64,000 bases of DNA. Source: Candidatus Babeliales bacterium (GTDB lineage Bacteria; Babelota; Babeliae; Babelales; JANWKD01). Positions within the stretch are counted from its first letter, which is position 1. Every line of letters begins with the position of its first letter. The position numbers were made by a program, and so were the translations under genes. The notes beneath the pieces were generated by a model. It worked only from the letters and a program-made list of their open reading frames with translations. It made no database searches and was not told the origin of the DNA. Location of the stretch: NCBI GenBank assembly GCA_963701665.1, contig OY969622.1:224001-288000 (forward strand). The letters are read 5' to 3'. Positions 39,338 to 49,855 of the stretch are shown piece after piece.

Positions 39338-40804
39338 TTATTCGTGTGCACCGTAATCAACAAGAAGTTTTTTTAGTTTTTCTGATGAAGCATATGAAAG
39401 CGAGGTGAAGCCATCGTAGTTGCGCGTGTTAACAAAAAGATCCATTGTGTGAGAATATTTACCAAATCGTTCAGCAATAACTTCTAAAATTAATTTAGTA
39501 ACTTCATAAAATTCGTCTTTGTCTGAACTAAAAAATACTGTGGCAAGCAGCGGTGTGAGCCCTTTTGTATACACAGTGGTATTCATAATCATATAAAAAA
39601 GGTATTTGTTTTTTGAATATTGTTTAATTTTTTCAATGAGAAGTTTTGCTATGTCAAAATTTCTTCTCAAAATGGCAATTATAAGTGGGCTTTGGCCTTC
39701 AGTGGAAACACTGCTGAGTGAATCGTAGATGAATTGTGTTTTATTATGAAGAAATTTTTCAATCGAATACAAAATAAAAGCAACATATTCATAACGGCCT
39801 TGTCCAACAGCATGCATAAGCATATCCCAGCCACTTTCATCTTTTGCGGTAATAAATTCAAAAAAAGTATCGGGTTTATCTTTATATTTTTCTTGCGCTT
39901 GGAACATAATTTTTTGCATTTTGCCAAAAGCGCTATCGTGCATGACTTCAACAAATTGTTGCGATAAAGCATGAGCTTGCGCGATTTCTGGATCAAGTTG
40001 TTGTAGTATTGTTGCACCGTGATCAATAAGAAATTTTCGTACATCTGATGTGAGTGCATAGGTGAGTGCTGTTCCATTGTCTTCATTCTGTGCATTGATG
40101 AACTCATCATACAATGTAGAATGTTTCCCTAAGACTTTTTCGGCTGTTTGGACTACCAATTTAAGAGGGCGTAATGCACCGTCATAGGTAAGCCAGTGAA
40201 GTGAAGTCCATTTATCATTGTATACGGTTGCATTCAAAAATTTTAGAAATAAATCTTTATCATCAAGAAGCGCAGGAACGCGATCCATAAATGCTTTAAT
40301 CGTTTTATAATCGCCATTCTGCGTTGAAAAATAAAGCGCAGAATTACCAAGTGGATCTCGTGCATCAAGAAAATTGAAGATCTGTTGTTTATCTTCTTTT
40401 GTTTTTTTATTGCCGTAATATTGAGCAACTTCATCAAGCAGCGTAATAACTTGACGATAATCAAACAGTGCTGATGCAATCATCAAGGTGGTCATACCTT
40501 CATCATTTTTTTGCGTTATAAACGAGTAATAGCCGCGTTTATTATTTTTGTTTCTTACTCGTTCATCACTCAAAATGGTATTAAACAGTTTCTGCTCTTT
40601 GAGGTTTTGTGCTACAAAAATAATTTTGTCTTGACCTATATCTGTTTTAACCGGCGTTGAATCTTTGAAATTTTGCGTTTTGGCACTAACATTTTTATCC
40701 TGCGGCGAGCAACAAGAGACGTCTTTTATTGGTTGAGAAAAAATTGGCATAAAAAAAATAATGAGCGAGTAAGCAAGCGTGCTTCTCAATTTTAATTTCA
40801 TCAT
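39338..40804 (-). CDS. Secreted ankyrin-repeat protein
   Basis: Repeated D.xG.T.L..A units (GMTTLMIA, GNSALYF, WTSLHW, GQSPLIIA, GLTPL); signal peptide. Confidence 0.85.
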   Translation of the reverse strand: MMKLKLRSTLAYSLIIFFMPIFSQPIKDVSCCSPQDKNVSAKTQNFKDSTPVKTDIGQDKIIFVAQNLKEQKLFNTILSDERVRNKNNKRGYYSFITQKNDEGMTTLMIASALFDYRQVITLLDEVAQYYGNKKTKEDKQQIFNFLDARDPLGNSALYFSTQNGDYKTIKAFMDRVPALLDDKDLFLKFLNATVYNDKWTSLHWLTYDGALRPLKLVVQTAEKVLGKHSTLYDEFINAQNEDNGTALTYALTSDVRKFLIDHGATILQQLDPEIAQAHALSQQFVEVMHDSAFGKMQKIMFQAQEKYKDKPDTFFEFITAKDESGWDMLMHAVGQGRYEYVAFILYSIEKFLHNKTQFIYDSLSSVSTEGQSPLIIAILRRNFDIAKLLIEKIKQYSKNKYLFYMIMNTTVYTKGLTPLLATVFFSSDKDEFYEVTKLILEVIAERFGKYSHTMDLFVNTRNYDGFTSLSYASSEKLKKLLVDYGAHE

Positions 40805-40971
40805 AGATATTTCCTTATCAAAAATAACACATGATTTTTTTTCATCATGTTGAAAAAACTATACCATGTGCACTTTGCGATTTTCAATCATTGCTAGATG
40901 GTTAAAACGAATTAATCGTTTTTGTCATCACTTTAAAAATTAGTTAAGCTGAACACGCTTAGGGTAATACT

Positions 40972-42582
40972 ATGAAAAATAATGAGAAAAAAAGTATGAA
41001 AAGAAGAGTTGTATCTATTGCCATGTTGCTTGGTATCTTTTTACCAATCGCTCGGTTGGAAGCTTTGTCAGATGATTACGATGGTATGTTTGACGATCTT
41101 GATCTCTATGCTGCAATGCTTGAGGAAACTGCTGGTACGCGTGGGGCTGCTTGTATCGATGCGCAGGGTGTGCTTGATTTGATTGCCGACCCAGCTGGCA
41201 TCGATGCGCCAGGAAAGTTACAACAAAATTTATATTTGCATACTTACAATGTTAATCAACGTTCATTGCTTGATATGCCTCAATTTTTGATTCGTGAGTA
41301 TTGTTTGCCCCAATGCTGGCAAATTAATGCCTGGTTTTTTTATAATGAAACTACACGAGCAAATTTTACCGCTGAAGGCAAAAATATCACCGCATATTGG
41401 GACATTGAAAATGCTAATTTTATTCAAAATCTTGATCAAATTGATTTTGGTATCGATATTCCAACCGCGATCGAACTTTTTAGCTTTTTAAAAATGCAGG
41501 AGCGACGAGTGGGATTTATGTTTGATGTTGCTCATGCAAAAGGACGTTTTAATATCGAATTTAAAATACCGTTTTATTATTTAGAGCGGAATTTTTTTGT
41601 AACCCCGGAAGAACAAGAAATGATTGCTCAATTTTTTGGGTCCGGTGGATCAGCCGAGAATAAAAATTTCATTAGCGATCGTGTTGGCTTTGGTGATACT
41701 CGATTGACGATAGGTTTTTTTGCTGTTGAAGATGATAGATTACAGCTCAATGTCGGTGTCGAGGCAACAATCCCAACACAAGTTGCATTCAAGAAAGGAT
41801 TACTTGGTAGCGATTTCAAAAAAAATTCAAACCATCCTATTTTTAATATTTTAGAATTGTTCCAATTAGTCTTTTGTGATACGCCTGATTTAGCAGCGGT
41901 GCAAGAAATGTCTTTGAATTTTTTGATTTCGGCATTTGATAAATTATCGGCGAATTTATTACAGACCTCGTTAGGAAACAATGGCCATCTCGGGCTTATG
42001 GTTTTTGCTGAAAAATTTATGCAGTTGAATCATCGCTTTAGCATGACAACACGTACAGCGCTTGAATATTTATGTCCGGCGCTTGATACACGGTTTTATA
42101 TTACAAAAAAGTTTAGTCAAGAATTTAATGCCAAAGAGCCGTATACAACCGCCGAAGGTGCCGATCCAGCGCAAGCACCAGCCAAATTAGCATTTCTGAA
42201 TTTTCAATTAATTAATACGCTTATTCCAAAAGTGTATCGCACCATGATTTATCCAGGATTTATCTTTAAGTTTACGACGTGCGTTGATGCCATTGTTGAT
42301 AGACATGAACGGTGGCAGGTGGGTGTAGGCTTTGATCTATGGTGGCAGGATAAGGAACGTTTAGGCAAAATTTATGCAACACCTTGGCAAATTTCAGAAA
42401 TACGCACCGATATTGCCGTGAAGCCTGGCGCATATCAAAATAAACTTTTTGTCTCATCTAATTATAAAGGAAGGGGAGAGAGGTGTGATTGGTGTTTAAC
42501 ACTTTATGGCGATTATAGTTTTATCAGTACTGGTATTGGTAATGACTTTAATCTGGCAGTGCGTTTTGCCACGGAGATATAA
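40972..42582 (+). CDS. Hypothetical exported protein, possible outer-membrane beta-barrel
   Basis: Signal peptide; GFGDTRL, aromatic amphipathic strands; layout similar to 19224-20762. Confidence 0.7.
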   Translation: MKNNEKKSMKRRVVSIAMLLGIFLPIARLEALSDDYDGMFDDLDLYAAMLEETAGTRGAACIDAQGVLDLIADPAGIDAPGKLQQNLYLHTYNVNQRSLLDMPQFLIREYCLPQCWQINAWFFYNETTRANFTAEGKNITAYWDIENANFIQNLDQIDFGIDIPTAIELFSFLKMQERRVGFMFDVAHAKGRFNIEFKIPFYYLERNFFVTPEEQEMIAQFFGSGGSAENKNFISDRVGFGDTRLTIGFFAVEDDRLQLNVGVEATIPTQVAFKKGLLGSDFKKNSNHPIFNILELFQLVFCDTPDLAAVQEMSLNFLISAFDKLSANLLQTSLGNNGHLGLMVFAEKFMQLNHRFSMTTRTALEYLCPALDTRFYITKKFSQEFNAKEPYTTAEGADPAQAPAKLAFLNFQLINTLIPKVYRTMIYPGFIFKFTTCVDAIVDRHERWQVGVGFDLWWQDKERLGKIYATPWQISEIRTDIAVKPGAYQNKLFVSSNYKGRGERCDWCLTLYGDYSFISTGIGNDFNLAVRFATEI

Positions 42583-42611
42583 CATATGTACTTTTAAAGG
42601 GGAGAAGTAGT

Positions 42612-43589
42612 ATGAAGATGATTGAAAAAAGGGGATGGTTGTTATTTTTTATCGGGTTATGCATTGCGACGTTTGCAGTAGGGGCAACGCCACTGACAAA
42701 TCCAATTTTAAAATTCTTGGACGGTATAACATTTGCAATTGATGGTACTACCATCTGGGAAATGATGGTCATCCGTCATGGCGTTAAAAAAATTCTATAC
42801 GGTGTTTTAAACAAAGAAACAGGTTCATATGAGGGTGTGTATCTTTTTCAGGATGGGTACCATTCTTTACACTCGCTTGCAGAGTTCGAACGTACGTTAG
42901 AAGAAAAACGAGCGTATCAAAAAAATCAGTTGGATCAACAGTTCATTGATGCGCAAGCGCACGCAGCATGTCTTGAAGAACTTTCGACGATGACAACAAC
43001 GCTTGAAGAAAAATTCCTGCAAGATTGCGAAGAACAATTATGTGTTATTGAAAGAACGCTCGAGCAAGATGAATCAATCGTGCGTGAGCAGATTCTCCTG
43101 CAGGAATCATTGTATAGGTCATACCAACATGAAATAGAGCATCAAGAAGAACTTATTATTGAAAAATATATCACAAACAAAGAAGCGTATCATGATGCTT
43201 CTATGCGTGTGCAACAAGAATATGAAGTCATTGAAAATGAATTGGCAGAAATTTTTACGCAGATAAAGCAGGATGTATTAAATGTGTTAGCACCATTTAG
43301 AAAAAAAATGGAATTGGCCAAAAAATTCTTACAGAAGCTTGTTGATGAGTTTTGTCGCAACCATAAACGAGGTTCAAGTTTTCTCATTCATTGGACAATG
43401 ATTGCAGATGGTCAAGAATTTGTTATCTTTAATAGGACGATGACAGGTTGTAATATTCTCAATGCATTTTGCTATGATCTGACAAGTTTTTTAAAAGATA
43501 TTATTGAAAGTTGTCCAAAAGGATGGCAACAATTTTTAGAGCTATCACATCAAAAAAAAATTAATGAAATTGGCATTGTTCAAGAATAG
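42612..43589 (+). CDS. Hypothetical exported coiled-coil protein
   Basis: 325-aa ORF, signal peptide, Glu-rich helical middle. Confidence 0.75.
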   Translation: MKMIEKRGWLLFFIGLCIATFAVGATPLTNPILKFLDGITFAIDGTTIWEMMVIRHGVKKILYGVLNKETGSYEGVYLFQDGYHSLHSLAEFERTLEEKRAYQKNQLDQQFIDAQAHAACLEELSTMTTTLEEKFLQDCEEQLCVIERTLEQDESIVREQILLQESLYRSYQHEIEHQEELIIEKYITNKEAYHDASMRVQQEYEVIENELAEIFTQIKQDVLNVLAPFRKKMELAKKFLQKLVDEFCRNHKRGSSFLIHWTMIADGQEFVIFNRTMTGCNILNAFCYDLTSFLKDIIESCPKGWQQFLELSHQKKINEIGIVQE

Positions 43590-43626
43590 TTGGCGGAAAC
43601 TAGATAAATATACAATAAGTATAGGT

Positions 43627-43724
43627 GTCATTCTGAGACAACGAAGTTGTCGTAGGAATCCAGTCTGATAAAGATTTTCATTTTAAAGACTGGATCACTA
43701 CGTCGCTATGCTCCTCATGATGAC
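43627..43724. repeat. GTCAT...ATGAC palindromic element
   Basis: GTCATTCTGAGACAACGAAGTTGTCGTAGGAATCCAG...CTGGATCACTACGTCGCTATGCTCCTCATGATGAC. Confidence 0.88.
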
Positions 43725-43799
43725 ACATTCTGCTTTTATAGAGCTCTTTGATTTGGGAAAATATCATTGGCGCTCTATGCTGAGTATTAAAGGTAGATT

Positions 43800-45986
43800 A
43801 TGGAACCTACACAACAAGTATTAGAGGGAGTTGTTGAACGCTTTATTTATAAAAATGAGCAAACAGGCTATGCAGTAGGCGTACTGCAGGTAAAAAATAA
43901 TAGTTCAGCAATCATAACAGGCTTCATGAGTACTATAAATCCAGGTGAACATGTTTCATTAATGGGCACCTGGATTAACCATGCAAAATTTGGCAGACAA
44001 TTTGACGTCAAACAATGTGTGGCGAAAGCTCCTGAAACTAGTATTGGTCTTAAAAAATATTTGGGATCCGGTCTTATCAAAGGGATTGGACCAGTCTACG
44101 CCGAAAAATTAGTAGATTATTTTGGCTTGAGCGTTCTTGAAGTGATCGATAAAACACCCGAGCGTTTACGAGATGTCCCCGGTATTGGCGCAAAACGACA
44201 TGACCAAATAATGAAAGCGTGGGTTGATCAGAAGCATATTGCATTGGTCATGGTATTTTTACAGGAAAAAGGTGTCTCCACAGCGTACGCCGTAAAAATT
44301 TATAAAAAATGGGGTCATGAATCACTTGCCTTTCTTAAAGAAAATCCGTATCGTTTGGCCGAAGAAGTATGGGGAATTGGGTTTAAAACCGCGGATAAAA
44401 TTGCTCAAAATCTTGGCTTTGAACGGCATTCACTCAAGCGTATCAAAGCTGGTATTCTCTTTTTTTTGCATGATATAACCACCCAGGGACATTTATATAA
44501 TGAACTGCAGGAGGCAAAAACAAAAGTATGTGAGCTTCTTGAAATTGCATACGAAGAACAAGAAGTATCCTTGCGAACGGCGCTGCATGAATTGCATGCT
44601 GCCGATAAAATAAAAGTTATCACGCATGAGACTGAGCACCTTCTTGCACTTTCGGTCAATTATAGTGTTGAAAAATCGGTCGCAAAAAAATTGAAAGCGC
44701 TCGTTTCTTTTGAACGCGCGCATCAAATTTCAAGTTCGGAAGTTTACGCGCGTTTGAGACATGATGAACAAACGAGTGCAAAAGCATTGCATGAAGATCA
44801 GCAACGCGCGGTTTTGGCTGCTTTTCAAGAAAAAGTGGTCATTATTACTGGTGGGCCGGGTACCGGGAAAACGACCGTGGTGAAAAATCTTCTTGCGCTT
44901 CTTGATGAATATAAATTATCGTATCTGCTGGCTGCACCGACAGGCCGCGCAGCAAAGAGAATATTTGAAAGTACTCATAAGCCTGCCGCAACGATCCACC
45001 GTTTGTTAGAATTTGATGTAAGCACGATGCGATTTGTCCATGATGAAACGAACGCGCTTAAAACAGATTTTTTAATTGTCGATGAAGCGTCTATGATTGA
45101 TATTTTTCTTGCGCACGCGCTTTTGAAAGCGGTATCACTCAAAACACACCTTATTTTAATTGGTGATGTTGATCAATTACCTTCCGTTGGCGCAGGAAAT
45201 TTTTTGCGTGATCTGATTGCAAGTAGTCTGTGCACCACTGTGCATTTGACGCATATTTTTCGCCAAGCTCAAGATAGTTTGATTATTGTCAATGCGCACC
45301 GCGTCAATCATGGTGAATTTCCAACAACGATGAGCACTGAGCTGCAGAAAGATTTTGTGTATATCAAGGAAGAAAACCCGGAAAATCTGCTTGAGCATGT
45401 GCACAAAGTATTTAAAAAAATTCTGCCTTTTTATCACATTAAATCAGATGATGCGATGGTATTAGTGCCGATGAACCGCGGCATTGTCGGCACGCAGACA
45501 CTCAATCATCAGTTACAAAATTTTTTGAATCACAGTGCACAAGATCAACTTGAATATCATGGTACACTTTTTAAACGCGGTGATCGTGTGATGCAGATTC
45601 GTAATAATTATGATAAGATTGTGTTTAACGGTGATATTGGGTGTATTGAAGAAATTCAGCATGAAGATAAAACGATGGCGGTTTCTTTTTTTGATCGTAT
45701 CGTCCTTTACGAATTTGATGAATTGAGCGAATTGGTGTTAGCATATGCAGTTACGATTCACAAAAGCCAAGGATCAGAATATCCAGCAGTTATTATTCCT
45801 CTGTTTATGCAACATTTTATGTTGCTCCAGCGCAATTTATTATATACTGCCATCACGCGTGCAAAAAGATTATGTATTCTGATTGGCCAACCGAAAGCTA
45901 TTGCCATGGCAGTGAAAAATAATAAATCGGTGACAAGAAAAACATTATTAAAAGAATTTTTAACAACCGAGTTAGCATGTCGTTAA
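43800..45986 (+). CDS. recD2: ATP-dependent RecD-like DNA helicase RecD2
   Basis: N-terminal OB/HhH (GIGP), GGPGTGKT, APTGRAA, VDEASM, TIHKSQGSEY; 728 aa. Confidence 0.93.
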   Translation: MEPTQQVLEGVVERFIYKNEQTGYAVGVLQVKNNSSAIITGFMSTINPGEHVSLMGTWINHAKFGRQFDVKQCVAKAPETSIGLKKYLGSGLIKGIGPVYAEKLVDYFGLSVLEVIDKTPERLRDVPGIGAKRHDQIMKAWVDQKHIALVMVFLQEKGVSTAYAVKIYKKWGHESLAFLKENPYRLAEEVWGIGFKTADKIAQNLGFERHSLKRIKAGILFFLHDITTQGHLYNELQEAKTKVCELLEIAYEEQEVSLRTALHELHAADKIKVITHETEHLLALSVNYSVEKSVAKKLKALVSFERAHQISSSEVYARLRHDEQTSAKALHEDQQRAVLAAFQEKVVIITGGPGTGKTTVVKNLLALLDEYKLSYLLAAPTGRAAKRIFESTHKPAATIHRLLEFDVSTMRFVHDETNALKTDFLIVDEASMIDIFLAHALLKAVSLKTHLILIGDVDQLPSVGAGNFLRDLIASSLCTTVHLTHIFRQAQDSLIIVNAHRVNHGEFPTTMSTELQKDFVYIKEENPENLLEHVHKVFKKILPFYHIKSDDAMVLVPMNRGIVGTQTLNHQLQNFLNHSAQDQLEYHGTLFKRGDRVMQIRNNYDKIVFNGDIGCIEEIQHEDKTMAVSFFDRIVLYEFDELSELVLAYAVTIHKSQGSEYPAVIIPLFMQHFMLLQRNLLYTAITRAKRLCILIGQPKAIAMAVKNNKSVTRKTLLKEFLTTELACR

Positions 45987-46738
45987 GTACCTTTCCTGTC
46001 ATTCTGAGACAACGAAGTTGTCGTAGGAATCCAGTCTATAAAATTAGTTCATTAAAGGGATCTATTAAAGTTCTGGGTCACCACGGAGCTGTGCTCCTCG
46101 TGATGACATTCTGGTTTTTGATTTTTTATGCCTCATGTTATGCAAAGCCGATCGTTATTATTTTAGATCCAGCAGATACCTTGCGGGAAATTGCTGGCAG
46201 CACGTATGAACGAGGGTTAACGCTCAAATGTGCCGAGGTTTTGCAAAAGAAACTTGAAATGATGCATGAAAACGTGCGTGTGATCTTAACGAGGCTGCCG
46301 GGTGAGTCGCTCGAACCACTGCAAAATGCACACGTTTCAAATCGTATTGATGCAGATTGTTATGTGAGCATACATTTTTATCATGAAAAACAGGCAAAAC
46401 CTCGTTTGTATGTGTATTATTATGCGCAGAATCCTATCACCGATGGCTGGAAAAAAACCGCTCAAGATCTCGCTTTTATACCATTCGATCAAGCGCATAA
46501 TGAAAATAACGCCCTCACAAAACAATGGGGAACTGTTATGACAAACATTCTTGAAAATACAGTCTATAATCCTCTTTTTGATTTTTGTGGGTTATTTGGT
46601 ATTCCTCATAAAGCATTAGTTGGCATTCGCGCGCCTGCATTCTGTATTGAAGCTGGCATACGCCACAAAGAAGATTGGCAAGTCTATGTTGCTCCTCTAG
46701 CGCACGCGCTTTTAGAAATTATTAAGCAGATTCCTTAA
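45977..46738 (+). CDS. N-acetylmuramoyl-L-alanine amidase (Amidase_3 fold) with a palindromic element in frame at the N-terminus
   Basis: ILDP...E...VILTR...SN...AD..VSIH...PA..IE.G. Confidence 0.75.
   Translation: MSLSTFPVILRQRSCRRNPVYKISSLKGSIKVLGHHGAVLLVMTFWFLIFYASCYAKPIVIILDPADTLREIAGSTYERGLTLKCAEVLQKKLEMMHENVRVILTRLPGESLEPLQNAHVSNRIDADCYVSIHFYHEKQAKPRLYVYYYAQNPITDGWKKTAQDLAFIPFDQAHNENNALTKQWGTVMTNILENTVYNPLFDFCGLFGIPHKALVGIRAPAFCIEAGIRHKEDWQVYVAPLAHALLEIIKQIP
45998..46107. repeat. GTCAT...ATGAC palindromic element inside the amidase ORF
   Basis: Left half identical to the 43627 copy; right half TGGGTCACCACGGAGCTGTGCTCCTCGTGATGAC. Confidence 0.88.
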
Positions 46739-46739
46739 G

Positions 46740-47288
46740 ATGGTATCACGTATGTACATTCTTCCCATTTTAGTAAGTGTCATGGCTTCCACCTGTTATT
46801 TTGCGTATAATCAGCAGTGGATTTTGGTGCAAAACCCTTTTGCCCCCACGCAAACTATACAAACAGTGCAAGGTACAGCACAAACAAAAAAAACGGTGAA
46901 GCTTTTTTTTTGGCACCATGATGCATGGCGTCAAGAAACTACAACGATCTTATGGTCCGATAATCAAGCGGATGCACTTTCATCATTAATAACTCGTTGG
47001 TTGGCTATGATGGATGAAGAAAAACAGATGACCAAAAAAATTTCATTGCAATCAGTTGCGATAAGTTCCAACGATCAAGAAGCAATTTGTTCATTAGATC
47101 GCAATCCTTTTGGCAAACATCAATCCACTTTTGAAAAAATGATATGGATTGAAGGGCTCCTTAAATCTATTCGCGAAAATGGCATCAAAATACTCCATAT
47201 TCGATTGCTGGTACATCATCAACCATTATCCGATGTTCATATAGAATTTACTGATCCGTTTCCTTTGGTAGGATATTTGAATTTGTAA
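46740..47288 (+). CDS. Membrane-anchored protein, GerMN-like
   Basis: N-terminal TM, VKLFF...L.SV.I...E...I..LL.S...I.LLV...H pattern; follows the amidase. Confidence 0.55.
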   Translation: MVSRMYILPILVSVMASTCYFAYNQQWILVQNPFAPTQTIQTVQGTAQTKKTVKLFFWHHDAWRQETTTILWSDNQADALSSLITRWLAMMDEEKQMTKKISLQSVAISSNDQEAICSLDRNPFGKHQSTFEKMIWIEGLLKSIRENGIKILHIRLLVHHQPLSDVHIEFTDPFPLVGYLNL

Positions 47289-48256
47289 GATCTCTTTTTT
47301 GGTAATAATGCATCGCGTTCACTAGATTCAATTTTTGCCTCGTTTAAAATTCTACTTTCACTCAGATGTAAAAGACGCACCGTGTTTTTTAAGCAATCTT
47401 TAATAGTATGTCTATTTGAGCACACATTGATGGGCTTACAGTCTTGACATCCTTCCGGAGGATAACTTGCGAGTAAACATGTGCCGGAACCAACAAGAAG
47501 CGCGAATGCCCCAATAAACCAATCTACGCTAAAGAGCGTCATGGCTGCGATACCGCACCCTAAACCCGTAGCGCATGGCGGGATTTGTTCAAGTGCGCTC
47601 AGGGTTTTTTCTTGTATATTTTTTTGTTTTAATTTTGCCCGGAGAGCATTGAGGGCGGCGATGCGTACTTGTAACCAATCGGTCGGTGTTGTGCTAGGTT
47701 CTTTAAAAAATATACCTTCAAGATCTTTTGGCTCTTTGTTTAAAAACATATCTTCAAGATCTTCGGATTCTTCGCTTGAAAATATATTTTTGAGATCTTC
47801 CGGTTTTTTGTTTGGAAACATATCTTCAAAGTATTCTTGCTCTTTTTCTCCAAGCCTTTTTTTAATATTTTGTTTAAAATTGGCTGCTTGATCGTTGCTT
47901 GATAATAACTGTATGCCTTCATTAAAATACGTTAACTGATTTTGCGTGTTATGTTTATATATTTCTAGATGTTCTAAAACCTCATCATATGATCTTATTT
48001 CGACGGCGTTTATTAATGGATGTAAATCAGCCCAGAGAGGATTTTTATGAGCAGATATAAAGTCTTCAGCAGAAACATGATCGGCATAAATTAAGGGAGT
48101 GAGTCTATATAAATCTGATGTGAACCATGCGAAATATTGTTCAAGTTCGCTTGTTTCTTGTGTCTCGCATACTATGGTAGTTCCCCCGTCCTCTTTCTCC
48201 ATACAGAGCGTAGTGAATAGAGCAAAAAGAGATAGAAGCAGCGTTATTTTTTTCAC
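47237..48256 (-). CDS. Hypothetical secreted protein (ME motif) with 11-aa internal repeats and a C-terminal TM pair
   Basis: GTG start after GGGGGA; ...TLC-MEK; repeats EDMFPNKKP/EDLKNIFSSEES/EDLEDMFLNKEP/KDLEGIFFKEP. Confidence 0.75.
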   Translation of the reverse strand: MKKITLLLSLFALFTTLCMEKEDGGTTIVCETQETSELEQYFAWFTSDLYRLTPLIYADHVSAEDFISAHKNPLWADLHPLINAVEIRSYDEVLEHLEIYKHNTQNQLTYFNEGIQLLSSNDQAANFKQNIKKRLGEKEQEYFEDMFPNKKPEDLKNIFSSEESEDLEDMFLNKEPKDLEGIFFKEPSTTPTDWLQVRIAALNALRAKLKQKNIQEKTLSALEQIPPCATGLGCGIAAMTLFSVDWFIGAFALLVGSGTCLLASYPPEGCQDCKPINVCSNRHTIKDCLKNTVRLLHLSESRILNEAKIESSERDALLPKKRSYKFKYPTKGNGSVNSI

Positions 48257-48417
48257 AGAATCCCCCTAGAAACAATTATGTACGTAGTGTGATGATCATA
48301 TCAATTAAAATTATATTTCGTTTTTCAAGTAATTTAACAGGATGGGATCATCCTTTTGAACCTTGCCATCTGAAGCCTATTCAGCATGCATTTAACCCTA
48401 GGCCTCCAGGGTGTTAT

Positions 48418-48447
48418 AATTGACAAATATAAAATATTGTTTAAAAT
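48418..48447 (+). promoter_or_regulatory. Promoter of the Skp1-LRR gene pair
   Basis: TTGACA-16 bp-TAAAAT; 20-mer identical to 21641-21660. Confidence 0.55.
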
Positions 48448-48494
48448 AAATAGTAAACAGGTATTATTTACCTATTTCATTAAATGGAGTTATT

Positions 48495-49829
48495 ATGAAA
48501 TTAAATTTAGCTATTTTTACCCTAATTTTAGGCCTTTTTCCAGGTTTGTATGCCATGGAACAAGAGCAGTCTAATCAACAAATTATTAACCTGAAACTTT
48601 CAGATGGGCAAATGGTAAGTTTTCCTGCAGAAGTTGCCTTGCATTCATCTTTGCTTCGTACCTATCTAGAAGATAATGAGATACATGATGATTCCCCTCT
48701 CGTTGATTTCTCTGAACAGCAATTATGTATGCACGATATCGACGATAGTGATGATAAAGAAAAAATTCATGATCTTGCATTAAATTCTAAAATTGTACGC
48801 GCGGTTTTTGATTGTGTGATACATGGCAAAAAAATACTTCATGATTTAAACAAAGATGAATTGATTGCAGCATTTGAAGTAGGAGATTATTTAGGAATCC
48901 CCCAAAAAACAATGAGGAAATTGACGCGCTGTATTCAAAAAAATATTGCAGAAAATGAGCAACCTCAATTAGTACGAATCTCTCATTATTGCAATTCAAT
49001 TCGCAATTTGTATCGTGATGATGTGCTTCAGGTAATACTGCAAAGAATTAATGTGATTCATGGTTTTGAAGAAATTGAATGCGAGCCGTATCGATTGATA
49101 ATTAAACCACAAAAAATTGACGAATTAAGCGGGATTGAAGATCTTGCACAAAAATATGAAAAAGTGTGCATCCGAGAAATTTGTTTGGATAATAATTCAT
49201 TAAAGATGCTTGATGTTAAACAGCTTATAAAACTGTTTCCTTTTGTGAATATGATTTTTGCTAATAATAATAAAATTGAAAAACTTATTTTACCAGAAAC
49301 ATTGCCAGCGGAATTTGCGCTTTTATTGCAAAAAAATAAGATTAAAGAACTTTCCAATTTTAAATTAGGCGAAAATGGCTACATTGATTTGCGCAATAAT
49401 CCACTTTCAGGTTCTGCGCAAGAAAATATCCAAAGAGCTATGCATCCAACTCTAATAGAACTGAATAGGCCACTAGTCAACACACTTTCAAGTTTTGATT
49501 CTTTCAAAAATGGCGCAGGAAGTTTTTTTCAACAATCATTAATTATTGGTAGTACCATAAGCTTAATTAATCTAGGGTACGCGACAATGAAATATTATAT
49601 GGGTTCTACACCATCAATAATAAGTACATTTAAGAAAGAGTTAATAAGTGACATGAAATCATCTTTTCTGTTAAAATCTCTCGGTGCTACGTTATTAGCA
49701 TCTACAGGCTATGTCTGGTATGTTAGTTATTTTCAATGGAAACATGCAAATGAAACGCTATGGAATTCATACCAAAGACCACTTATTGATTACGATCAAA
49801 CTAGCGAACCCGCAACATTAGAAAAATAA
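48495..49829 (+). CDS. Secreted Skp1/BTB-POZ-like + leucine-rich-repeat protein with C-terminal TM helices
   Basis: INLKLSDGQ...EVALHSSLLRTYLED...LIAAFEVGDYLGI; LRR units LDNNSLK, ANNNKIE, LQKNKIK, LRNNPL. Confidence 0.75.
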   Translation: MKLNLAIFTLILGLFPGLYAMEQEQSNQQIINLKLSDGQMVSFPAEVALHSSLLRTYLEDNEIHDDSPLVDFSEQQLCMHDIDDSDDKEKIHDLALNSKIVRAVFDCVIHGKKILHDLNKDELIAAFEVGDYLGIPQKTMRKLTRCIQKNIAENEQPQLVRISHYCNSIRNLYRDDVLQVILQRINVIHGFEEIECEPYRLIIKPQKIDELSGIEDLAQKYEKVCIREICLDNNSLKMLDVKQLIKLFPFVNMIFANNNKIEKLILPETLPAEFALLLQKNKIKELSNFKLGENGYIDLRNNPLSGSAQENIQRAMHPTLIELNRPLVNTLSSFDSFKNGAGSFFQQSLIIGSTISLINLGYATMKYYMGSTPSIISTFKKELISDMKSSFLLKSLGATLLASTGYVWYVSYFQWKHANETLWNSYQRPLIDYDQTSEPATLEK

Positions 49830-49855
49830 CTAAAAATATTCTTTATGGAGTTGTT

